The notes: generated from the sequence alone by a model not told the origin. Positions 41,965-54,703 are shown, numbered from the stretch's first letter. The stretch is DNA of 64,000 bases from Octopus sinensis (GCF_006345805.1 NC_043006.1:11098001-11162000); one strand, 5' to 3'. Made by a program: numbers and translations.

Positions 41965-42330
41965 ATATATATATATTTATACATATACATGCATGTGCAT
42001 GTGTGTTCGTATGTGCTGTGTGAGATTCCGTACATGTCTATGATCACGTGTATAGGCTTATGTTATGAATATATTCGTATGTAAGTGCGTTTTTCTACAC
42101 AAGAGACATTTCAATATAGAATATTTAGCTCGGAGCTAAATACTTAAGAATGCTCAAAATGTTAATTAAAGTCTAGTGTAATTCTTTGGAGAAATTTTTC
42201 ATCGATTTTTTTTCCAACCTTATATTGCTTGCTTTATTTAATTTCTATTTATCTTTCCTTTAATTCTTAGAACATTTTTCCTGTGTGTTTTTGTAATAAT
42301 TTGCTCTTTTTGTAATAATTTGCTCATCAC

Positions 42331-42387
42331 CTTCTTCTTCTTCTTCTTCTTCTTCTTCTTCTTCTTCTTCTTCTTCTTCTTCTTCTT

Positions 42388-42432
<45 letters not shown>
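42331..42432. repeat. (CTT)~19(CTA)~15 microsatellite ~190 bp upstream of the Cys-loop exon
   Basis: Direct reading. Confidence 0.97.
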
Positions 42433-42433
<1 letters not shown>

Positions 42434-42619
42434 AACTGCTTCTTCTTCTTCTACTTCTTCTATTTCATCTTCTATATCTTTTTCTTCAACTTCTCCTTTA
42501 TCTCACATCCTCTCTCCTACGAAATAAATGACATTAGCTTCTGATTGAAATATCCCCACTGAATTATGTGAATTGTCTCTTAGTCATCTATTTCGTTTCG
42601 TTTCATTTCTTTAAAACAG

Positions 42620-42702
42620 GTTTACAACAACCTTGGCCTGCATGATGGATTTGCATTATTATCCACTAGATGTCCAGAATTGCACGGTAGAAGTTGAAAG
42701 CT
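42620..42702 (+). CDS. Lcch3: Next coding exon (83 bp), encoding the Cys loop of the same GABA receptor beta-like subunit
   Basis: aaacag acceptor; phase joins the previous exon (AG+G = Arg); reads [27 protein letters not shown], then T|gtgagt donor. C-x13-C loop. Not in the ORF track because it is too short. Confidence 0.96.
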
Positions 42703-43769
42703 GTGAGTCGATTCTGTCTCTTCCTTTTCCTGTCTAAATTCTTTATTCCTTTTTTTTTTACCGCTTTTGAATTTTACGAGTTTTCTACTTTCACTTTCTT
42801 TCTTCTCCCTTTTTTTTTTAATTTATTTCATTCTTCGTTTTTTTGTTGTTTTTTTTTTTGTTTTTGTTTTTGTTGTTTTTTTTGTTAAATTTTCGTTGTT
42901 CACTTTTTACGCTTTTCTGAAATCCATTTTTCCCGTTTTATATCAGACGTGGAGTATTTAACAAAATGAACCACATTATAATGGTGTTTTAGGATTTTGA
43001 GTGGATTAATTAAATAACGGTGTTTTATGTGAGTAGCTGAGTGCAATGAGGTAGTAATATTTTATTGGAGGTCTTCAATAGTCACAACATGTATTCAATT
43101 TTTGAAATCATCGTCAAAAATATGAGATCCACAGTATTTTCTCTCTTTCTTTTTCGCTATATTAATGGTTACTAGTAAACTGTTTCAGAATGAAGAGAAG
43201 TTTAATTAGAAAACAGGTTTATAGAAATGAATAACAGTGTTTGGTAAAAGCAAATATTAAAACAACACAAAATTTGAAATAGTTTTGTTTAAAAACGCAC
43301 ATTTAATTACATTAGATTGGTTAAAAGTAATATTTTTGATGTTAATGTGATTGAAAATTATGTTTGGACGCATTTTAGAATTCTGTGAAATAAATAAAAT
43401 TCTTTCTAAATAATTTTATAGGACGGAATTACCTTAGAAATAACAATATTTCAATTAAATAGTATTTTTTTTAAGGAAAAGGTGGATGCATATTCAATTT
43501 GGCAGACAATATAGCCAGCGATTTAAATGCTTAATAGTGTTTAGTTTCGAACTCAATGTCAAGTTTTTCTAAATTTAATTTCCAATCAATCACATTTATA
43601 ATTAAAATATTACCTTTAATCAATCTAATGTGAAAACTGTGCGTTTTTAAAGACTGTTGCGTGTCTATGAGTGCCAATGAAAGGAACCGTTTTATTTATT
43701 GCAAAGAAGTGTAAAATAGGCACATTGATCTATCCTATTTACAATAACTGCTAATATTAATGGGCTTTA

Positions 43770-44385
43770 GTGAACTGGCAGAATCGTTAGCACGCCGGGC
43801 GAAATGCTTAGCGGTATTTCGTCTGCAGCTACGTTCTGAGTTCAAATTCTGCCGAGGTCGACTTTGCCTTTCATCCTCCCGGTGTCGATTAAATAACTAC
43901 CAGTTACGCACTGGGGTCGATATAATCGACTTCATCCGTTTGTCTATTCTTGTTTGTCCTCTCTGTGTTTAGCCCCTTGTGGGTAGTAAAGAAATATGTA
44001 TTTCGTCTGCCATTACTTTCTCAGTTCAAATTCTGCCGAGGTCGACTTTGCCTTTTATCCTTTCGGGGTCGATTAAATAAGTACTAGTTACGCACTGGGG
44101 TTGATATGATAGACTAAGTCCGTTTGTCTGTCCTTGTTTGTTCCCTCTATATTTAGCCCCTTGTGGGCAATAAAGAAATAAGTATCGTTAGCACGCCGAG
44201 CAAAATATTTAGCAGCATTTCGTCCTTCTTTACGGCCTGTGTTCAAATTCCACCGAGGTCGACTTTGCATTCCATCTTATAGTGGCTGTTAAAATAAGCG
44301 CAAATTGAGCACTAGCGTCGATGTAATCGATTTACTCTCTATCTCGAAACTTCTGGCCTTGTGCCAAAATTTGAAATGAATATTA
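43770..44385 (+). mobile_element. SINE family B, three-unit tandem form
   Basis: Units at 43814, 43998 and ~44183. Confidence 0.9.
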
Positions 44386-44398
44386 GTTGGCTTATAAA

Positions 44399-44706
44399 AA
44401 AACTGGCATTCCGTCGTTTAAGACGACGATCCGGTTGATGCGATCGACGAAATAGCCTTAAGGCGCAATCGCTGAGCAATCTCCAGACACGCGTGCCTTT
44501 AACGCAGTTCTCGGGGAAATTCAGCGTGTCGCCGAATGTGAGAAGTCTGGTCCCTTGAATTACATGTACAACACATTTTTGCCAGTTGAGTGAACTGGAC
44601 CAACGTGAAATAAAGTGCTTTGCGCAAGGAAACAACTCACCTCCGGGAATCGAAATCACGACCTTACGATCACGAACGGATACTACTATCCACTAAGCAC
44701 CACGCC
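44399..44706 (-). mobile_element. SINE family D
   Basis: Homologous to 2826-3140. Confidence 0.85.
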
Positions 44707-45612
44707 TTTAAGCTTGTAATCAGTGTATCTGCGGCGAGTTAAAGAGAGTGTACAGCTGCTGAACAAAGTTCCAGCAGCTTGTACAACGCTTCATTATTTT
44801 CCTGTTCATTAACGTATTGTAGATGCACACGTTTTACAATCCCAGTAACATCAGGGTTGGCGAATAAATCTATAGGTAGGTTCTTTAATACATCATTTAA
44901 TACATCATTGCCACGAAACAAAACTCTATTAATGTCCCAGCAATTTCAATTTGGACCTAGCTGCTAAGAAATTGCTTAACATGTTAATTGGTGAAGCCTG
45001 TTTATTTAACCTCTAAGATTTGTGCGTTTATAAGCACTGTCTTCGTGGATAGTTAAAGTGGGTGCACAGTTGTGTGTAAGCTATTGTTTCTTCTCTGACA
45101 AGAAATGTATTGTCGAGATCTATTGTTTACATTCCTCATAACATACAATGCTGGTTAATAAATTTATGGATATGTTCTGTGGTACATAACAGATTTTTGT
45201 TTATATACGTGAAAATGTCGAAATCTAACGACTTACTATTATTATAAAAAACGATTTTGTCTCCTGTCTAAATTGAATAACAGCCATGCACAGTAAATCG
45301 TCTATACATCCTCCTCCTAAAATTATTTTTAAGTCTTCAACTAGTAAAAGAAATCAACATTACTATTTTCTAGAACGTGATCATATAAATTGTTATGTAT
45401 CACTCCATTTTGTACTAAGTATAAATGAAATTATGGACACATTCTTTCAGTACGAAATGACTTCAATTCAACAGCCCTTAAACTTGATTCTGCGCAAAAC
45501 TACAGTTATTTACTTTTATCAGACTTTCCATAAAAAATGGTTCCAAACCTATGCACTATCTTGCAGATTGTCCATAAAATCATGTTCAATTATAATTATC
45601 ATTATTAGTATT

Positions 45613-45957
45613 ATTCAGTAGTTTTTTTTTATAGCGTGCTTTCACTTCACTACCGAGCGCAGCTCTGTGTGCCTTGGGTATGTGCTGTGATTTGTTGTGA
45701 TGCTCTGATGGTTACTGTATGGAAAGTGTTCTGCGTAGGATGTGTGCAGTGCCTAGTAGCGCAATTTTCCGTATGTTATATGTGCTTGTAAGTCCTGGTG
45801 TTTTTGTTATGTATTTGTCTGAATATTTTTTTATCATGCCTAATGTACCTATTATGATAGGAATTGTTTCTGTTTTTAGATTCCACATTCTGGTTACCTC
45901 TATTTCCAGGTCTTTGTATTTTGAAAGTTTCTCTATTTCTTTTAGAGACACATTGTC
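45613..45957 (-). mobile_element. 5'-truncated R4/Dong-type LINE (endonuclease C-terminus plus 3' UTR)
   Basis: SLKEIEKLSKYKDLEIEVTRMW...IPIIIGTLG...IALLGTAHILRRTLSIQ*; ends AAAACTACTG then AAT repeats. Confidence 0.88.
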
Positions 45958-45984
45958 TATTATTATTATTATTCAGTAGTTTTA

Positions 45985-46068
<84 letters not shown>

Positions 46069-46070
<2 letters not shown>

Positions 46071-46626
46071 AGTGAGAGAACAGTGCATGCCATCAATGTG
46101 ACACTGGGATAAAATATATGAAGCCCAGCATACCCATCATGACTACCCGTCTGATAAGGTTACACTAGGCACATGCATCACAACCATATGTGGGCGACAT
46201 GGTGATCTCATATCAATACAAACAGCGCATGACCATGCAGGTGGGGCCTAGTTAGAATTTTCTTCTGGTCGAGTAACCGATCCTGCTCAAAAGGTCCCTG
46301 AATAAGGGTTGTTTAAGGATGCTGACAGAAACACCCATGTTTCCAGAGGCGAATTATTAAAACCCCAAAGAATCACTCTCAACACATGGCTATGATGCTC
46401 CCCCACTACTTCTGTTCGTGATCAGAGATGCACATATCATCAGCCACTAAGGGACCTGCTCAACTGGTTAAGGTCAAACAACTGACAAGCAAATATGTGG
46501 TATTGAGCAGAATATTTACTGTAGCCCATCTTTTATACCAAGACAAAACAATTTACATGATAGCCCTTCCAATCAGTTAAGATCAGAAGCCATGAGAGCG
46601 ACTGTCTGGTACTGCATCAAGACATT
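46069..46626. mobile_element. Unclassified ~560-bp interspersed repeat (family E), bounded by (ATT)n
   Basis: Homologous pieces at 62895-63128 and 61075-61165. Confidence 0.8.
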
Positions 46627-46659
46627 CATTATTATTTTATTATTATTATTATGATTATT

Positions 46660-46712
<53 letters not shown>

Positions 46713-46714
<2 letters not shown>

Positions 46715-46920
46715 GGCGGCGAGCTACAAGAATCGTTCGCTCGCCGGACAACATGCTTTACAGCGTTTCGTCCGTCTTTACGTTCTCAGCCTAAATTCCA
46801 CCGAGGTTCGCTGTGCCTTTCATCTTTCAGGGTCGATAAAATAAAGTACCAGTTGAGCACTCGGGTGGATGTAATCGACTTACCTACTTTCCGAAATAGC
46901 TAGCCTTGTGCGAAAATGCG
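46713..46920 (+). mobile_element. SINE family B, monomer
   Basis: Follows (ATC)n; head, B box and tail present. Confidence 0.8.
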
Positions 46921-47130
46921 AAAATCTTGACATCCTTAACATTAATTACATTATTTACATTTAACGGATATTGTCCTCATCTTGTTTGTTGTTAACACAA
47001 CGTTTCATATTATTACTGCTATTACTATTATCATTTTTAATAGTTAACAGTTTTATATGAGTTTGGTGTTATTTTATTATGTAATTGTGCAATTTTACTG
47101 ACAATAAAATCTGTTTAATTTGACCAGACC

Positions 47131-47539
47131 TTTCTCTCTTTTCTCTTTTACTTGTTTCAGTCATTTGACTGCGGCCATGCTGGAGCACCGCCTTTAGTCG
47201 AGCAAATCGGCCCCGGGACTTATTCTTTGTAAGCCCAGTACTTATTCTATCGGTCTCTTTTGCCGAACCGCTAGGTGACGGGGACGTAAACACACCAGCA
47301 TCGGTTGTCAAGCAATGCTAGGGAGACAAACACAAACACACAAACACATACATATACATATATATACATATATACGACAGGCTTCTTTCAGTTTCCGTCT
47401 ACCAAATCCACTCACAAGGCATTGGTCGGCCCGGGGCTATAGCAGAAGACACTTACCCAAGATGTCACGCAGTGGGACTGAACCCGGAACCATGTGGTTG
47501 GTTAGCAAGCTACTTACCACACAGCCACTCCTGCGCCTA
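47131..47539 (-). mobile_element. SINE family A, full length
   Basis: Reverse complement of family A. Confidence 0.9.
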
Positions 47540-47806
47540 TGTTTGCAATTGTTATATATCTTGAGGTTTAGGAAATCTTGTAATACTCATAGTTTGCTCA
47601 TCAATAACATTATCAACGCTAATGAAGACAAACAACTTCCAATGACAGTCGAATGGAAATTAACGCTTCCGTTCGCTCTGGAATTTCTTTATTACTCTTC
47701 AATATTTAACTCAGCTTAGTTGTAGATATATCTCGGTTTAACTACACCTCATGTCATTTAAATGTCCTTAGCAGAGTTCATTTTGTTGCCAACGTATACA
47801 CCAAGT

Positions 47807-48588
47807 AAGGCAGCGAGCTGGCAGAAACGTTAGCACGCCGGCCTAAGTGCTTAGCAGTATTTCGTCTGCCGCTACGTTCTGAGTTCAAATTCCGCCGAGA
47901 TCGACTTTGCCTTTCATCCTTTCGGGGTCGATTAGATAAGTACCAGTTACACACTGGGGTCGATATAATCGACTTTATCCGTTTGTCTGTCCTTGTTTGT
48001 TCTCTCTGTGTTTATCCCCTTGTGGGTAGTAAAGAAATTCGTATTTCGTCTGCCGCTACGTTCTGAGTTCAAATTCCGCCGAGGTCAACTTTGCCTTTCA
48101 TCCTTTCGCGGTCGATTAAATAAGTACCAGTTACGCACTGGGGTCGATATAATCGACTTAATCCGTTTGTCTGTCCTTGTTTATTCTCTCTGTGTTTATC
48201 CCCTTGTGGGTAGTAAAGAAATAGGTATTTCGTCTGCCGCTACGTTCTGAGTTCAAATTCCACCGAGGTCGACTTTGCCTTTCATCCTTTCGGGGTCGAT
48301 TAAATAAGTACTAGTTACGCACTGGGATCGATATAATCGACTTAATCCGTTTGTCTGTCCTTGTTCGTCTCCTCTGTGTGCAGCCCCTTGTGGGCAGTAA
48401 AGAAATAAGAAACGTTAGCGCGCCGAGCGAAATGTTTAGTGGTATTTCGTCTGTCTTTACGTTCTGAGTTCAAATTCCACCGAGGTCGACTTTGCCTTTC
48501 ATCCTTTTGGGGTCGATAAATTAAGTACCACTAACGTACTGTGGTCGATCTAATCGGCTAGCCCCCTCCCCAAAAATTCTGAGTAGAA
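47807..48588 (+). mobile_element. SINE family B, four-unit tandem form
   Basis: Units at 47857, 48041, 48225 (184-bp period) and 48442. Confidence 0.92.
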
Positions 48589-48924
48589 AAGAGCATACAG
48601 ACCAGGTGTTTTGGTGCGATCTAACGAGAACTCGATCTGTATTCCTGCGCTGATCGCTTTCGATTGCAACAGACCTGGCGCTTGGGGCGGGGTCGCTTTT
48701 CCAAAGTCCACTTCTCTCGGAAACCCAACAAAATGAAAAACAACACCATTTCTGCGTTTACTAAGCCCCAACCATTCTTTCTAATGAAAACCCTATCCTG
48801 ATTCGGTGCGAATTAATAATCGAATATTATCTTGAATTTTGGGGGAAATTCTTTTCTATAGCTTCACGAAACTGGTAAGGGAAGTTGGATTTGACCTCCT
48901 TACGATATGGAATTATTACCATGC

Positions 48925-49135
48925 TTTTAACTCTTTACTCTTTTACTTCGTTCAGTCATTTGACTGCGGCCATGCTGGAGCACCGCCTTTAGTCGAGCAA
49001 ATCGACCCCGAGACTTATTCTTTGTAAGCCTAGTACTTATTCTATCGGTCTCTTTTGCCGAACCGCTAAGTGACGGGGACGTAAACACACCAGCATCGGT
49101 TGTCAAGCAATGCTAGGGGGACAAACACAGACACA
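48925..49135 (-). mobile_element. SINE family A, 3' half
   Basis: Matches family A 3' half. Confidence 0.85.
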
Positions 49136-49169
49136 TAAATATACACACACACATAAATACATATATATA

Positions 49170-49721
49170 TATATACATACATACCTTTATATATATACAT
49201 ATATAACCTTTATTCCTATTCACCTACCGCACTATATATCTCCACTTTGAATTTTCTGCTAATTTTTTTCTTCCTCCTCCTCTTTCTATCGATTGCCTTT
49301 GCTGTTTTATATATATATTAACGTTTTTTTTTTTAATGTACAAGCGTTCCTTTCATCATATATGCAGTAATCACATTCGGTCAGAATGTCTTATTGGTGT
49401 GTTTTGTTTCTTTTTTTTTTCTCTGATGAGAAGATAGCATTGTTTTACATCATTTTCTTCCTTCTGGAATAATAACAATGTTTTCTTCAAAACATATGTC
49501 GAAAGTATAAAGATTTGAATAACACCTGCATTTAACCCTATTTATTTATTTATCTAAGTCATACAAAAACATTTCACCAAAACCTGGAATTTCTTCCTTT
49601 ATAAGTAAGCTGTTACATCCTTGGTACTTGCGTAAATTTTTGCTACCCTGGCAACTATTTTTCTGTGTTATCTGTAAAAATTAAGAACATACACATTAGA
49701 AAAATACACACACACACACAC

Positions 49722-49780
<59 letters not shown>

Positions 49781-50431
49781 TATATATATACATACATATA
49801 TATATATATACATACATATTTATTTATATATACATACATACATATTTATATATATATATATATATATACATACTTACATACATTAATATATATTATATAT
49901 ACATACATACCTTTATATATATACATATATAACCTTTATTCCTATTCACCTACCGCACTATATATCTCCACTTTGAATTTTCTGCTAATTTTTTTCTTCC
50001 TCCTCCTCTTTCTATCGATTGCCTTTGCTGTTTTATATATATATTAACGTTTTTTTTTTTAATGTACAAGCGTTCCTTTCATCATATATGCAGTAATCAC
50101 ATTCGGTCAGAATGTCTTATTGGTGTGTTTTGTTTCTTTTTTTTTTCTCTGATGAGAAGATAGCATTGTTTTACATCATTTTCTTCCTTCTGGAATAATA
50201 ACAATGTTTTCTTCAAAACATATGTCGAAAGTATAAAGATTTGAATAACACCTGCATTTAACCCTATTTATTTATTTATCTAAGTCATACAAAAACATTT
50301 CACCAAAACCTGGAATTTCTTCCTTTATAAGTAAGCTGTTACATCCTTGGTACTTGCGTAAATTTTTGCTACCCTGGCAACTATTTTTCTGTGTTATCTG
50401 TAAAAATTAAGAACATACACATTAGAAAAAT

Positions 50432-50463
<32 letters not shown>

Positions 50464-50469
50464 TATATA

Positions 50470-50530
<61 letters not shown>

Positions 50531-50620
50531 CATACATATTTATTTATATATACATACATACATATTTATATATATATTATATATATATACATACTTACAT
50601 ACATTAATATATATTAATAT
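49170..50620. repeat. Tandem duplication, 726-bp period
   Basis: c49185 aligns with c49911; ORFs at 49665 and 50391 start identically, 726 bp apart. Confidence 0.95.
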
Positions 50621-51253
50621 ATACAAATAGTATACAGATATATAAATAATATATATATATATATTATATATATATATATATACATGTGTATTTTTGACTC
50701 TGTGTGTGTGTGTGTCACCTGCCACAGAAGGTATCACAATCACTATGACACGCTATACATTCACTGCTATGCGTAATATGCAAATTAAATAAACCAAGTC
50801 ATTTGATTCGCTCTTCCAATTCCCCATCATGTGACTCCACTGTCATCTCTTCTCAACATTCTTTAGTCGCTGTTCGTTTCTTCCACCTGTGATTCCATTA
50901 GTCTTTCTTTCCAATGTCTCCTGGGAAATAGAGCGCTTACATCATTCTTTCAGTCTATCGTGTCCGTTCTCTGCATCTGTCAGTCTTCTTTTGTTACTTT
51001 GTTACTTGTGGATTTCCGACCAACCTACAAAGTTGTCATCCGCCCACATGATTTGATATGAAATAACTTTGCTTTTGTAGAAGTATGGAGGGGATATATA
51101 TTACCCTATATCTTGTTTGCTATCATCACTTGGATATACATTATCGTTACCAGTTGACTCTGCTGCGATTGTTCAGACCTAGAAAAATCATGAATGCAGT
51201 TCATCTAACCTAAATACTTTATTACAATGTATATGCATACATACTATGTATGC

Positions 51254-51571
51254 GTAGAGGCGCAATGGCCCAGTGGTTAGGGCAGCGGACTCGCGGTCGC
51301 AGGATCACAGTTTCGATTCCCAGACCGGGCGTTGTGAGTGTTTATTGAGCGAAAACACCTAAAAGCTCCACGAGGCTCCGGCAGGGGGTGGTGATCCCTG
51401 CTGTTCTCTTTCACCACTCTTTCTCCCACTCTTTCTTCTGTTGGCCTGCTCGCTTAGCCAGCGGGGTGGCGTCATTCGAAGGCTAAAACAATGCGAGCGC
51501 ATTGTGACCAGCGATGTGTAACTACATCTGATGGACTGGTCGGTCACGTGATGATGATGATGATGATGATG
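51254..51571 (+). mobile_element. SINE family C, tail type 1 ending in (GAT)n
   Basis: TSD ATATGCATACATACTATGTATGC at 51231-51253 and 51572-51594. Confidence 0.92.
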
Positions 51572-51870
51572 ATATGCATACATACTATGTATGCATGAAT
51601 GTATCTATGTATGTATGTATGTATGTATGATCTGAGGCGAGTTGTCTTGCTTGACATTCAGGTTTTTTAACACCAGACACTTTAAGGGAGTCATCCCCAC
51701 CATGCTAACCCTCAGCTCACCGGCGAACAAAGAATGCACGTACACTGAGAGTATGTGCAGTCGATAATGTATATAAGTGTTTGTGTGTGTATGTGTGTGT
51801 GCGCGTGCATGTATGCATGTATATGTGTGTATGAGTGCGTATGTATGTCAATATATATATATATATATAT

Positions 51871-52275
51871 ATATTCAAATTAAAATCCAGAAAATGGAGA
51901 AATAGCGTTTATATAATTTATTGTTCCCTTACAGCTGTTTTCGATTTTTCCTAAATGTTTTCGATTTTCAGTTTTGCCCAAAATTCCATTAATTGAAACA
52001 TTTATGGGGGTAAAATCTCGTCAGAGGAGTAAAAAAAAGTTTAAAAAAGACATCACTAGGTTATTAACATGTTATTCTTCAAAAACATCTCGATAGACTC
52101 TATTGATATGTTTTTTACTCCTCTAACAAGAATTTGCCCCCAAAAATGTTTTAATTGCTGGAATTTAATTCATTTGGGCAAAATCGAAACAGCTGTAAGG
52201 GAACATGTTGAGTTTTTGCAGTTAATATATTATATCAACGCTACTTCTCCATTTTCTGGATTCTAATTTGAATAT
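51871..52275. mobile_element. ~400-bp foldback element carrying an inverted pair of hammerhead motifs
   Basis: Arms are reverse-complementary. Minus-strand motif 51927-52027 (CCT-CTGACGA...GAAAACAGCTGTA-AGG); plus-strand motif with mutated core at 52123-52200. Confidence 0.8.
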
Positions 52276-52654
52276 TTATAAACATGTGTGTGTGTGTGTA
52301 CGTGTACCTCTGTCTCCTTGTGCGTGCATGTGTGAGTGTGTCCCTGTAGGTGGTTGCAACTATGTACTGTGTCTGTATATATGAATGTGTATCTCCATAT
52401 GTGTATTTGTGTGAAGTGAAGCGTATGTATATAAATAGACAAGTGTTTCAGTCTTCAATTGTGTATGCGTGTGTATGTGAGCTTGTCTGTTCATATAACC
52501 TATGTACCTATTCGTCTGTATATCTATCTGTTTACATTCATATCCATATGGCTACGTACTTGTGCATATACATATACACATATACACACACCCACACTCA
52601 CACATGCATCTATCTACATAACAGCCCACTAACTATTCTACTCTAACTGTGTAA

Positions 52655-53720
52655 ACTGTGGGCATGGGGGTATGATATCTACTACGTATATTTCCTATTT
52701 AGTACTGGGGATATTTCATTTATGAGGACACATTCCTGTATTTGCCTGAGTATTGGGTCCTTTGGGTGCTTGGATAAAATGCGAATGTCAAGTTGACCCA
52801 GGTAAACTCTATGTTGGTCCTTGGCATGTTGGTAGACTATGGAGGACTGTTTTTTGTCGTGATATTGTCTCAAATGTCCATTTAGTCGTTCTGCAATACT
52901 TCTAGATGTCTCCCCTATGTATGTCATGTTCATGTCTTTACAAGCACCATCTATGCATCTTCTGCAGTAAATTAAATTTCTAGTTCTGTAGTTAATGCTA
53001 GGACTAATCCTACATACCATGCAGTTATCATTGGTGCCTATGATGTTCTCAAATTAGTACGTCCTACATAGTTGTGGTCTGACGGAGTTCCCTGTCTTTT
53101 CAACAATCTTAATGTTGAATTTGTTCTCCTTCAGAGCTTTCCTAAATCCACGGTCTAGTTCTCCATGGGCTGTGGCCTCTACAAACATCACTCCTTGATA
53201 TTTGTCGATTTTATACCACATATTCACCTAGTTTGCTTTGTCACAAGTTCTTTGTATCATATTCCAGTCTTTGTTTCTATATCTAGGACAGGTACCGCTG
53301 GTGTCATTACGTATGTTATCTAATTTCTTTCTAGCTCCCCTGTATACACGAACCCTATCTTTCTGATCATATCCAGAGAATTGCATGCGGTGCATGAAGT
53401 TCTGTATATGTTTTTTTCGTTTCACAGGGTTCGCATAGTGGGGACATGTTCATTGTCCTAACTGAGTCTACTATCAGTATGTTAATGTTCATGTTGTGTG
53501 ACAAAGATGAATTCTTGGGAACGACATATTTCGAAACTATGGGTTTCATGTAATAGTTGAGGAGCTGCACTCTGTTGTTCACAGTCTCTAACAAAGGTTC
53601 AGTATCAAGGACGGGGAGTCTATTGTTGGGGTGTCTGGTGTGCATTTTCCTTCTTTTATTATATATTTTTCACTTACCACGTACTTTTTGGGGTTTTTTT
53701 CTTGTGTTTGTTCTTCGTAT
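52655..53720 (-). pseudogene. Penelope-like element, RT thumb plus GIY-YIG endonuclease, disrupted
   Basis: LPVLD...YYMKPIVSK...SSLSHNMNINIL; LIYC...YIGETSRSIAERLNGH...RQIQECVLINEISPVLNRK; several frameshifts. Confidence 0.88.
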
Positions 53721-53740
53721 TTTTTTATTTATATACTATA

Positions 53741-54134
53741 TAGGCGCAGGAGTGGCTGTGTGGTAGGTAGCTTGCTAACCAACCACATGGTTCCGGGTTC
53801 AGTCCCACTGCGTGACATCTTGGGCAAGTGTCTTCTACTATAGCCCCGGGCCGACCAATGCCTTGTGAGTGGATTTGGTAGACGGAAACTGAAAGAAGCC
53901 TGTCGTATATATGTATATATATATGTGTGTGTATATGTTTGTGTGTCTGTGTTTGTCCCCCTAGCATTGTTGGTGTGTTTACGTCCCCGTTAGTTAGCGG
54001 TTCGGCAAAGGAGACCGATAGAATAAGTACTGGGCTTACAAAGAATAAGTCCCGGGGTCGATTTGCTCGACTAAAGGTGGTGATCCAGCATGGCCGCAGT
54101 CAAATGACTGAAACAAGTAAAAGGAGTAAAAAGA
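53741..54134 (+). mobile_element. SINE family A with small internal deletion
   Basis: Matches family A; abuts the PLE fragment. Confidence 0.9.
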
Positions 54135-54658
54135 TATATGTGTGTATATGTGTGTGCGTGTATATATATGTATATATATATATATATGTATGTATGTGTA
54201 TATACGTGCGTGTGTATCTATGTATCTACGTATGAATGCATGTATGTAAGTATATACACATACACAATATGCATATGTATTACTTTTGCAAGAAAAAAAG
54301 ATTAACAATGGTTTCGATGCTTCAACTCAGATGTTTTCACAATAAAGCTAAGTTTTTTTGCTTTGTTTTATTTCCCCAGATTTTTGTATGTTTTTTGTTC
54401 ATCTTGCGCAGGGATTTACTGCTTACAAAGTATATTGTTAAACCTCTACTTTGCCACCTTAATCTTCACCAGCAAATGAACCATAGGTAGAATATAAAAA
54501 GCTTGGAAAACAAAAATATTTACAGTCTTACGAATGCAACTGTGCAGCAAACTTCGAAGTCACAAACAGTAGATTCCTTGTTAAAATAAATGCGGTACTC
54601 TACGTAAATGTATTTAGATGTGTTTCGTGATCTTTCAATGACAAGAAGCATTAAGATT

Positions 54659-54703
<45 letters not shown>

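Larger units (their letters stand above)
25649..42619 (+). other. Phase-2 GT-AG intron, 16,971 bp
   Basis: Bounded by the two exons above; reading frame is continuous across the junction. Confidence 0.9.

Noticed and set aside
47857-48440. Regularly spaced repeats with GTCGA/TCGAC palindromes, superficially CRISPR-like
   Set aside because: Whole 184-bp units are homologous, there are no unique spacers, and the context is eukaryotic.
51257-51335. tRNA-like sequences at SINE heads (also 61758, 2200-2270, 5460-5536)
   Set aside because: No complete acceptor stem; they continue into SINE bodies with TSDs, so they are not tRNA genes.
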